A DNA stretch of 64,000 bases, taken from positions 928,001 to 992,000 of the forward strand of contig CAVRJY010000001.1 in assembly GCA_963721805.1 (NCBI GenBank), given 5' to 3'. This document shows, in pieces, positions 31,878 to 39,804 of the stretch; position 1 is the stretch's first letter, and each line of letters starts with the position of its first letter. A program made the translations under genes and the position numbers. A model generated the notes under the pieces. That model saw only the letters and a list, made by a program, of their open reading frames with translations. It was not told where the DNA came from and searched no databases. Origin of the DNA: Nitrospirota bacterium (lineage in GTDB: Bacteria; Nitrospirota; Thermodesulfovibrionia; Thermodesulfovibrionales; JdFR-86).

Positions 31878-32674
31878 TTGAAGCTCTCTCCTTCGGAAGG
31901 AAAATTCCCGTCTTCGACATCTTTTATGTATGCGCGCACCGCGTCGAGCGCGGGCTGCTTGAGATTGGCGTATTTGCGGACGAACTTCGGCGTGAAGCGG
32001 TCGAAGAGCCCGAGGATGTCGTGCATCACTAGCACCTGCCCGTCGCAGTGCGGCCCCGCGCCGATGCCTATCGTCGGGATCGTGAGCGCCTTCGTTATCT
32101 CGGCCGCGAGGTCCATCGGGATCGCCTCTAGCACGAGCGCGAACGCCCCGGCGTCCTCTACGGCGCGGGCCTCGTCCATGAGCTTGCGACGGGCCTCGTC
32201 TGATTTGCCCTGCACCTTGTAGCCGCCCATGCGGTGCACGGCCTGGGGCGTGAGCCCGATATGGGCCATCACGGGGATCTCGGCGCGGAGCATCGCGCGG
32301 ATATGCTCGGTGAGTTCGGAGCCGCCTTCGAGTTTGACCGCCTGCGCCCCGCCTTCTTTGATAAAACGCCCGGCGTTGCGAACGGCGTCTTCGACCGATA
32401 TTTGATATGACATGTAGGGCATGTCGCCTATGACCATCGAGTTCTGCGCGGCGCGGCTGACGATGCGCGTGTGGTATATCATCTCGTCCATCGTCACGGG
32501 CAGGGTGTTCTCCAGCCCCTGAACGACCATCGCGAGCGAGTCGCCGACCAGAATAGCATCCACCCCGGCCTCGTCCATTATGCGAGCGAACGGGAAGTCG
32601 TAGGCAGTCAACATAGCAATACGCTTACCCTGTGACTTTTTCGCTATCAGGTCGTTAATCGTAACTCTTGGCAT
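31874..32674 (-). CDS. panB: 3-methyl-2-oxobutanoate hydroxymethyltransferase
   Basis: MLTAYD, LVGDSL, VKLEGG, HIGLTPQ and IGIGAG..CDGQVLV motifs. Confidence 0.97.
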   Translation of the reverse strand: MPRVTINDLIAKKSQGKRIAMLTAYDFPFARIMDEAGVDAILVGDSLAMVVQGLENTLPVTMDEMIYHTRIVSRAAQNSMVIGDMPYMSYQISVEDAVRNAGRFIKEGGAQAVKLEGGSELTEHIRAMLRAEIPVMAHIGLTPQAVHRMGGYKVQGKSDEARRKLMDEARAVEDAGAFALVLEAIPMDLAAEITKALTIPTIGIGAGPHCDGQVLVMHDILGLFDRFTPKFVRKYANLKQPALDAVRAYIKDVEDGNFPSEGESFK

Positions 32675-32712
32675 GGTGAAATAATTTTAGCATTTTTGGG
32701 GCAGGTGGGTGG

Positions 32713-32837
32713 AAAGCCGCGCTAAATTGCCTGATACGTTGTCGCGCCATCGCCCTCACGCCCTCAGAGTACGCCCAAGTACACTTGCGGGCGGAGGGCT
32801 CGCCGCTCCTAGTCTGAGCCTAATTTATCGCGCTTTG
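32713..32837 (+). repeat. ~125-bp hairpin repeat element, left copy
   Basis: Imperfect terminal inverted repeat CGCGCTAAA...TTTATCGCG; homologous to the reverse complement of 36681-36803. Confidence 0.8.
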
Positions 32838-32923
32838 ATGTTGCTATGTTCCTAATCGCGCGAGCGGTCAACGGCATTGATTGGAGCGGCCAAGCCGCTG
32901 GACCCTCGCGCCCCCGTGGATTA

Positions 32924-34411
32924 TTAACACCGATCGATCAATTCCTCTATGAATGGAATGAACGATTCAGGTACTAGATCAGAGATTTTTGTGTTATAGA
33001 TATTCATACTTACAATATGTATTATTTCTTTGGGCAACTCTTTTAATTCAAAAGGGAACGGCTCTGGACGAAAATCTCTTCTTCGACCAATAGGATTATG
33101 ACTTGCTTCCAGTTTTATCCACTTGCCATAAATCTCATCCTCGCCTGAAACAAGAATTAGGTTGAATCCCCTTCCGCTCCCAGTTTTTAAGTACCCCCAT
33201 GCTATTATGGTCATATTATTAACTACATAATTCCTGCTAACCCGTTCTATCATAACTTCAATTTGTTCCTTAGGACGGGTAGACATTCTACCAGGATGAC
33301 TACATAGGATAGCAAATGAAAACTCGCCTCTTTTTCTGAGTTCTAATTTCATAGAATCTGATGAATCATTGAAAGCTTGTACAATTGTTCCAACCTTCGT
33401 TGCCAATTCAGTAAAGGCAAACATAATAGCACCTATTTTTTCCCTTATCCTCATCTGCTCAGCTTCTTGCTTCAATCGAAACTCTTCCTCTCTTTGCGTT
33501 TTAGTAATCGTTTTTTTAACTAAGGCGCTAATGTCATAGCCTTTTTCAGCCGGCTGTTCTGTAGACATTATTCGTGAAATTATTTCATCCCATGAGGAAT
33601 ACCTCTCTTCTGGTCTCTTGGCGATCATTTTCATAATTAACTGCGTCAGATTTAAATCAAGTGATGTATTAATTGTGTTTGGAAGTGTTGGTAATTGTGT
33701 AAGATGAGCATTTCTCCATGCCTCAATAATATCGCCAACTGCTTTAACTTCAAGTGGGTGTCGCAATGTCGCAAGTTCATAAAAAACTATACCCATTGAG
33801 TAAATATCCATGCTTATGGTATTTTTCTCAGAGCGCAAAGCCTCTGGAGCAGAGTATTTAATATGTTGAATGCCTTTGAATGTTGAAGACCGAGTTGCTG
33901 CATTTACTGCTTTTGAAAGACCAAAATCAGAAATCTTTAGCATTGATTCCTTCAATAATATATTGTCAGGCTTGATGTCTCTATGGATGACTTTATCATT
34001 TATTGCTTTCATTCCAGATGACAATTGTAAAAATAAATCACGAAGCTCTTTATTGCTTAACAAATGATTCGCATCCTTTTGACGCTTAATAATATCTAAC
34101 AATGTTCCGTCCGAAGCATACTCCATAATCAGATAGGGAGGAAGATGGCTATACGTATTGCCATCATGAAAGAAATATGCTTTTATTACATTCTCATGGT
34201 CGATTGTTACGGAAAGTTTAGCTTCATTAATTAAAGCCGCCAACTGGTCATTATTCAATGAGGCTGTAATGATTGTCTTCAGAGCATACTCGTCACCATT
34301 TGCTGTTGCTATCTTAAAGACTTGTCCAAAACTGCCATTATCCAAAAAACTAATCACACGTAGCTCTTCACCGTTTGAGCCATAAACTATACCATCTGGT
34401 CTTATATCCAT
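32924..34411 (-). CDS. Hanks-type Ser/Thr protein kinase with unknown C-terminal domain (AT-rich, foreign)
   Basis: GSFGQVF, ALK, HRDIKPDN, DFG, APE and DIYSMG motifs; visibly AT-rich compared with the flanks. Confidence 0.93.
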   Translation of the reverse strand: MDIRPDGIVYGSNGEELRVISFLDNGSFGQVFKIATANGDEYALKTIITASLNNDQLAALINEAKLSVTIDHENVIKAYFFHDGNTYSHLPPYLIMEYASDGTLLDIIKRQKDANHLLSNKELRDLFLQLSSGMKAINDKVIHRDIKPDNILLKESMLKISDFGLSKAVNAATRSSTFKGIQHIKYSAPEALRSEKNTISMDIYSMGIVFYELATLRHPLEVKAVGDIIEAWRNAHLTQLPTLPNTINTSLDLNLTQLIMKMIAKRPEERYSSWDEIISRIMSTEQPAEKGYDISALVKKTITKTQREEEFRLKQEAEQMRIREKIGAIMFAFTELATKVGTIVQAFNDSSDSMKLELRKRGEFSFAILCSHPGRMSTRPKEQIEVMIERVSRNYVVNNMTIIAWGYLKTGSGRGFNLILVSGEDEIYGKWIKLEASHNPIGRRRDFRPEPFPFELKELPKEIIHIVSMNIYNTKISDLVPESFIPFIEELIDRC

Positions 34412-34455
34412 AACACACTCCTAATAATTGGATGAATTTATGTTACTACAAAATC

Positions 34456-34484
34456 AAGATAATATTGACAGTTGCGATTGTCGA
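34456..34484 (-). promoter_or_regulatory. Candidate sigma70 promoter of the kinase gene
   Basis: Minus strand TCGACA-N17-TATCTT, overlapped by an imperfect palindrome; GGAG RBS before the ATG at 34411. Confidence 0.3.
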
Positions 34485-34527
34485 TAGAAATTTGTTCATG
34501 AATATGCTCCCCCCATACCACACCTCT

Positions 34528-35111
34528 CCGGAACTGGCCAATAGGAACCAGTTCCCAGGAATCGCCTCATGCGTCGTCACAGCACAAAGCGATTCTCAGC
34601 GTATCTGCGATAAGCTTGCGGTCGTTCTGTGCTATGCCTCGTATGATGCGATTTGATCATATATCACTATCTGTGAGCTTACTAACTATGGTTAGTTTAT
34701 AAACCGCATAACACAAAAGCCCGGAACTGGTTCCTAGGAACCAGTTCCCAAGAATCGCCTCATGCGTCGTCACAGCACAAACGATCCTCAGCGTATCTGC
34801 GATAAGCTTGCGGTCGTTTTGTGCTGTTCCTTGTATGATGCGATTTGATCATATATCACTATCTGTGAGCTTACTAACTATGGTTAGTTTATAAACCGCA
34901 TAACACAAAACCCCGGAACTGGCCAATAGGAACTGGTGCCCAGGAATCGCCTCATACGTCGTCACAGCACAAAGCGATCCTCAGCGTATCTGCGATAAGC
35001 TTGCGGTCGTTTTGTGCTCTGCCTAGTATGATGCGATTTGATCATATATCACTATCTGTGAGCTTACTAACTATGGTTAGTTTATAAACCGCATACCACA
35101 AAAGCCCGGAA
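34528..35111. repeat. Tandem array of three ~193-bp non-coding structured units
   Basis: Units start with CCGGAA at 34528, 34721 and 34913, and a fourth starts at 35106 (periods 193/192/193); the units are near-identical. Confidence 0.95.
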
Positions 35112-36311
35112 TGTAAAGGTTACGCTCTTACCGGACAGTATCAGGCTGGAAAAAGCAGGCGGCAGCCAGCCCTTCCATCGGTTAGAATGTTTCACCACAA
35201 AACACAGACCGAAGGAGGAAGGGCATGACTGCCAAAGAAAAGATATCACAAGGGAGGCTTTCAATGCTTCAGCTGGCCGAGAGGCTCAGGAACGTGTCGG
35301 AGGCCTGTCGCCGCCGGGGGGTGAGCCGCAGCCAGTTTTACGAGTACAAGCGGGCGTTTCAGGAGCAGGGGTTTGCGGGGCTCGCGGACCTTCCGCCGAT
35401 AGCGCGTAGCTGTCCCCACAAGACGCCTGAGGAGGCCCGCAAGCGAGTGATCGAGATGAGCCTTGCTCACCCCCGGTGGGGGAAGCAGCGCATCTTCGAG
35501 CACCTGCTTCTGGAGGGCATATTGGTGCGTCCCTCAACTGTGTATCGCATCCAGGTTCGCGAGGGGCTGGAGTCGAAGGCCAAGCGCATCCTCCGGCTTG
35601 AGCAGGAGGCTAACGGCAAGGAGATCGAGCTAACGGAGGAGCAGGTCAAGCTCATCGAGCGGGCCAATCCGTGCTTCAGGGAAAGGCATGTGGAGAGCGC
35701 ATATCCGGGCTATCTGCTCAGCCAGGACACCTTCACGGTGGGCAAGCTCAAGGGCATCGGGACCGTGTATCTGCAGGCCGTGGTGGACACGTACGGCTCT
35801 TATGCCTTCGGCAAGCTGTACACGTCGAAGAGGCCCGAGACGGCGGCCGACGTGCTCTACGACCGCGTGCTGCCGTTTTACGAGGACCATGGCATCAGGG
35901 TCCAGCATGTCCTGACGGACAACGGCTCGGAGTACTGCGGCAAGCTGCTGCGGCATCCGTACGAGCTGTTTCTGGCGCTTCACGACATCGCGCATCGAAG
36001 GACGAAGGTGGCGACACCGAGGACAAACGGATTCGTGGAGCGGTTTAATCGCACCATCCTGGACGAGTTCTTCTCGGAGACGTTCAGGTACCGGTTCTAC
36101 GCATCGCTCGATGAGCTGCAGTATGACCTCGACCGGTGGCTGCACCACTACAACAACGAGCGCCCTCACAAGGGCTATCGCAACATGGGCAGACGGCCAA
36201 TAGAAACTATCGAGCTGGGCAAAAAGCTAAGACAGAAAGCTGAGGAGGAGGCCGCCTGATCAGTGCGACCGATGAGATGGAAAACTGTCCGGAGAGCACT
36301 GGACTTTTACA
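35112..36311 (+). mobile_element. IS481-family insertion sequence, 1200 bp
   Basis: TGT...ACA ends, imperfect 28-bp TIR (TGTAAA...CCGGACAGT) and 8-bp direct repeat GCCCGGAA at 35104-35111 and 36312-36319. Confidence 0.92.
35225..36259 (+). CDS. IS481-family DDE transposase
   Basis: NVSEACRRRGVSRSQFY HTH, LTDNGSEY, PRTNGFVERFNRT and YNNERPH motifs. Confidence 0.95.
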   Translation: MTAKEKISQGRLSMLQLAERLRNVSEACRRRGVSRSQFYEYKRAFQEQGFAGLADLPPIARSCPHKTPEEARKRVIEMSLAHPRWGKQRIFEHLLLEGILVRPSTVYRIQVREGLESKAKRILRLEQEANGKEIELTEEQVKLIERANPCFRERHVESAYPGYLLSQDTFTVGKLKGIGTVYLQAVVDTYGSYAFGKLYTSKRPETAADVLYDRVLPFYEDHGIRVQHVLTDNGSEYCGKLLRHPYELFLALHDIAHRRTKVATPRTNGFVERFNRTILDEFFSETFRYRFYASLDELQYDLDRWLHHYNNERPHKGYRNMGRRPIETIELGKKLRQKAEEEAA

Positions 36312-36315
36312 GCCC

Positions 36316-36385
36316 GGAACTGGTCAATGGGAACTGGTTCCCAGGAACCAGTTCCCAGGAATCGGTTCCCATGGACTGGTTCCGC
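36316..36385. repeat. Five tandem 14-bp degenerate palindromic repeats (GGAACYRGTTCCCA-like)
   Basis: Units at 36316, 36330, 36344, 36358 and 36372; the same 14-mer occurs twice at the start of each 193-bp unit. Confidence 0.85.
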
Positions 36386-36680
36386 CTTTTGGTTCTATCA
36401 TCGCGCATGATGAATATAACGACAACAATAGTAAGACCAACAGATGTTAGAAAAACGACTTGTGTGGGCAGGGGATATGGCGGTGGGTCAAACGAAAAAC
36501 GTTTCTGAACGCCTAAACACTGAGGTGCGGAGAAAGCGCTTATTTTCCGCTGGGTTGGACTGTTTTTTCTCTGTTCATTTGAACGCTCTAAAAAAATACG
36601 CGCGGCCGCGCGCGGTATGTGTAACTATAGTAAGCCGTTGACCGCGAGGCGCGGAGGCAGCGGCTGTGCCGCGCACTTCG

Positions 36681-36803
36681 CAAAGCGCGATAAATCGCGT
36701 CAGACTAGGAACGGCGAGAAGGCCGACCGCAGGTGTACTGTGACGTACTCCGAGGGAGCGGCTTCGAGCCGTGACAACGTATCACGCGACTTTAGCGCGC
36801 TTT
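36681..36803 (-). repeat. ~125-bp hairpin repeat element, right (inverted) copy
   Basis: Reverse complement shares GCGCTAAA, TGATACGTTGTC, GAGTACG, AGTACAC, CTCGCCG, CCTAGTCTGA and ATTTATCGCGCTTTG with 32713-32837. Confidence 0.8.
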
Positions 36804-37378
36804 CACTTCTTGCACTTCGGAAACTCCCCGCTGCCAAAGCCGGGGTATGCTTTCCACTCGCTCGGTGCGGTCGGGTTCGTGACTTTGGGCCATACCTCCG
36901 GACGCGGGTCGGGTCCCTCATCCCCGGTAGGCGCGCAGTCGCCGAGCCGCGGATTGCGGGATACGTCGACGCCGGGTATGGGTGTGGTGAACTCCACGGC
37001 CACGCCGTGTGGGTCGAAGCAGTAGATCGAGTGGATGAAGCCGTGGTCTATGACCATAGATACCCAAATACCGGCGGCCTCGATGCGGTCGCGGATCTCG
37101 TAGAGCGCGGCCTCGTCCTCGACACCGATCGCGATGTGGTCAAAGGCGAACGGCCCGGTAGTCGGGACGCCGTGCTCCTTTTCCTTGATCGGCTCGATGC
37201 CGGGCCACTCGAAGAAGGCGAGCATGCAGCGGTCCGCGACCTCGACGAAGTAGACCTTGCCGCCGGTATCGCCGAACGAGACGCGCACGGGCATGCCGAG
37301 CAGGTCGCGCCAGAAGCGGAGCGTCTCGCCGAGGTTGCCGGTGGCGATAGCGACGTGGTGTGTGCCGGTGTACCTCAT
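36803..37378 (-). CDS. VOC/glyoxalase family protein
   Basis: HHVAI, FDHIAI and DHGFIHSIYCFDPHGVAVEF motifs. Confidence 0.88.
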   Translation of the reverse strand: MRYTGTHHVAIATGNLGETLRFWRDLLGMPVRVSFGDTGGKVYFVEVADRCMLAFFEWPGIEPIKEKEHGVPTTGPFAFDHIAIGVEDEAALYEIRDRIEAAGIWVSMVIDHGFIHSIYCFDPHGVAVEFTTPIPGVDVSRNPRLGDCAPTGDEGPDPRPEVWPKVTNPTAPSEWKAYPGFGSGEFPKCKK

Positions 37379-37478
37379 GGCCCATTATATCGCATTTCCG
37401 GCGGGCTGACGAGGGGGCATCCGTTGAATGCTTTGTGATAGAATAAATTTGCGAAAAATCACTGAGAGGTGGCGGCTT

Positions 37479-37718
37479 ATGAAGCAAACCCTGGCGTTCA
37501 TAATATTCGTGCTCGTGGTGGTCGGCCTGCTGTATTCGATATCGGGCGACAAGTCGCCGCGCATTCCGGACACCGAGGCCCACCGCGTGGTGGACAACAA
37601 CCAGATCTGCATGGGCTGCCACGGCCCCGGCAAGGAGCAAGCCCTCAAGCCGAACCATCCGCCCAAGGACAACTGCATCTACTGCCACAAGACCAAGCGC
37701 TTCAGGAATATCAAATAA
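37479..37718 (+). CDS. Small diheme c-type cytochrome
   Basis: N-terminal hydrophobic helix and two CxxCH motifs (CMGCH, CIYCH). Confidence 0.85.
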   Translation: MKQTLAFIIFVLVVVGLLYSISGDKSPRIPDTEAHRVVDNNQICMGCHGPGKEQALKPNHPPKDNCIYCHKTKRFRNIK

Positions 37719-37969
37719 TGCCAGACCGCCTGACAGTGATAAAGCCGAAGACCGCGAAGGAGGTGGCGAAGTACCTCAAGCCCCCGCTGTCGAAGGTCTC
37801 GGCCGTGATCTACTTCGCGGAGAAGGACAACAGGGCATTCCTGCTGGACGCCGAGGGCGGGCTATCCTCGAAGGCCGAATACAGGCTCTCGAAGCCGTTT
37901 GAGTCGCTGGGCGCGAGGATCGAGCGCATCACGATACTGACGATGGAAGCCAACGTAAAGGACGACTAG
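37718..37969 (+). CDS. Hypothetical protein
   Basis: TAATG overlap with the cytochrome gene; 83-aa ORF with host-like codon usage. Confidence 0.6.
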   Translation: MPDRLTVIKPKTAKEVAKYLKPPLSKVSAVIYFAEKDNRAFLLDAEGGLSSKAEYRLSKPFESLGARIERITILTMEANVKDD

Positions 37970-37981
37970 GGGGCCGGCCCC

Positions 37982-38572
37982 TCAGGCGTCTGACGCGGGG
38001 CCCTTGGGGCCCGAGATCCCGCCCGACAGGAGAAACGACATCACCTCTCCGCTTTCCGCCTTGATCGGCCTCACCTGAGAGCGCTTGACTATGATCAGGT
38101 AGCCCGAGTAGTTGTAGGACTGCGGCAGGTAGACCGAGACCATCCCGTCAAGCCCCATGTGCGAGAGGTCCTCGCGGGTCATAAACCCGATGACCCCTGC
38201 GCCGGGCTCGGGGCCGAGCTGGACGTATACGGGCTGGTTGAAGCCCTTCTTCTCCCCGACGAACGCGCCGGTGAGGTCGCGGATCGAGGCGTAGATCATC
38301 TTTACGAGCGGCAGGCGCGTGAAGATCATATCGATGAAGCTCATCACGCGCCTGTTGAGGAGGTGCGAGGCGATGACGCCTACGAGCGTTATCACCAAGA
38401 CGCTTATCGCGATGCCCATGCCCGGGAACGGGAACTCGTACAGGCGGTCGATCCTTGAGACTATGAGGTATACGATGTATATGGTGCCGATGATCGGGAC
38501 CATGAACAGCAGGCCCTTGAAGAAATACCTCGTAAGCGCTCTCAGCACGGCGTCCTCCTTTATAAGGTGCAA
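37982..38572 (-). CDS. DUF502 family membrane protein
   Basis: YFFKGLLFMVP, RLPLVKMIYASIRD, VYLPQSYNYSG and SGG patterns. Confidence 0.85.
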   Translation of the reverse strand: MHLIKEDAVLRALTRYFFKGLLFMVPIIGTIYIVYLIVSRIDRLYEFPFPGMGIAISVLVITLVGVIASHLLNRRVMSFIDMIFTRLPLVKMIYASIRDLTGAFVGEKKGFNQPVYVQLGPEPGAGVIGFMTREDLSHMGLDGMVSVYLPQSYNYSGYLIIVKRSQVRPIKAESGEVMSFLLSGGISGPKGPASDA

Positions 38573-38613
38573 ATATCATACATCACGGGGAGCGAGTATT
38601 GGTACAATAGCCG

Positions 38614-39738
38614 ATGGAACTTGATGCAGCGATCAGGCGCGAGATAGCCGCGCGCGGGCCGGTCACGTTTGAGCGGTTCATGGAGATGGCGCTATACGAG
38701 CCCTCCCTGGGGTATTACGCCTCGGCCTCGGCCGAGATCGGCTGCGCGGGGGACTTCTACACGAGCCCGCACCTGCATCCGATCTTCGGGGCGATGATCG
38801 GCAGGCAGGTGCAGGAGTGCTGGGAGGCGATGGGCCGGCCCGAGCACTTCGATATAGTCGAGGCCGGGGCCGGGCGCGGCTACCTCTGCCATGACACGCT
38901 TAAGTACCTGCAAGGCCGCGAGATATTCGACGCGCTCACTTACGCGATAGTCGAGCTGAATCCAACGATGGCCTCGCGGCAGCGCGAACTCCTCGGGCCG
39001 CTCGGCGCGAAGGTGCGCTGGGCCGCGTCGATCAGGGAACTTGGCGGCATCCGTGGCGCGGTCATATCCAACGAACTCATAGACGCCTTTCCGGTGCACG
39101 CTGTAACCTGGCGCGAGGGCGGGCTCCGTGAGATCCATGTCACGGTCGAGGACGGAAGACTCACTGAGGTCGAACTCCCTCCGAGCACGCCGCGGTTGAC
39201 GGAGCACCTTGACGAGTTCGGGATAACGCTCCCGGAGGGCTACCGCACAGAGATCAACCTCAGGGCGAAGGGCTGGCTCGGGGAGGTCTCGGAGGCGCTT
39301 ACGGAGGGCTTCGTGCTCACGATAGACTATGGCCACACAGGCCGCGCGTACTATGACGAGGAGCGCTCGCGCGGGACGCTGATGTGCTATCACGAGCACC
39401 AGATCAACGAAGACCCGTATATCAACATCGGCAGGCAGGACATCACCTCTCACGTGGACTTTAGCGCGCTTGCGAGGTGGGGCAGGGCGCTGGAGCTCCG
39501 GACGCTCGGCTATACGCGGCAGGGGCTGTACCTGCTCTCGCTGGGGCTTGACGAGGCGATCATCGAGCTATACGGCGGCTCGCCGGATTACCAGACGGAG
39601 GCCGCAAAGGTTCTGGGCCTCGTGATGCCGGGCGCGATGGGGGACTCGCACAAGGTGCTGCTTCAGGCCAGGGGGATCGGGGCTGAGGCGGCGTTCAGGG
39701 GGTTTAAACTTCGGAACCTCGCGGCCTCGCTCGATTGA
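38614..39738 (+). CDS. SAM-dependent methyltransferase, MidA/NDUFAF7 family
   Basis: FMEMALY..GYY, GDFYTSP, EAGAGRG, SNELIDAFP, IDYG and QDITSHVDF motifs. Confidence 0.92.
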   Translation: MELDAAIRREIAARGPVTFERFMEMALYEPSLGYYASASAEIGCAGDFYTSPHLHPIFGAMIGRQVQECWEAMGRPEHFDIVEAGAGRGYLCHDTLKYLQGREIFDALTYAIVELNPTMASRQRELLGPLGAKVRWAASIRELGGIRGAVISNELIDAFPVHAVTWREGGLREIHVTVEDGRLTEVELPPSTPRLTEHLDEFGITLPEGYRTEINLRAKGWLGEVSEALTEGFVLTIDYGHTGRAYYDEERSRGTLMCYHEHQINEDPYINIGRQDITSHVDFSALARWGRALELRTLGYTRQGLYLLSLGLDEAIIELYGGSPDYQTEAAKVLGLVMPGAMGDSHKVLLQARGIGAEAAFRGFKLRNLAASLD

Positions 39739-39804
39739 GCGGGCGGGCCGCGTTCTGATAAAATCCAGAGGTTTAGGCAGAAAATTTTCGGGGAGGGCAG
39801 GGGC

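Noticed and set aside
34676..34712. dif/XerCD site in the AT-rich tail of the repeat unit
   Set aside because: Palindromic, but it does not match the 11-6-11 dif consensus with a TTATGTTAAAT arm.
34528..35111. CRISPR array
   Set aside because: Whole ~193-bp units are near-identical, with no unique spacers, and there are no cas genes in the window.
34432..35264. Small ORFs within the repeat array (34432-34656, 35082-35264)
   Set aside because: The reading frame is not conserved between units (1-bp indel) and there is no recognisable protein signal.
32713..36803. Canonical integron with attC sites
   Set aside because: No integron integrase in the window, and the hairpins lack properly spaced RYYYAAC/GTTRRRY boxes; kept only as an analogy.
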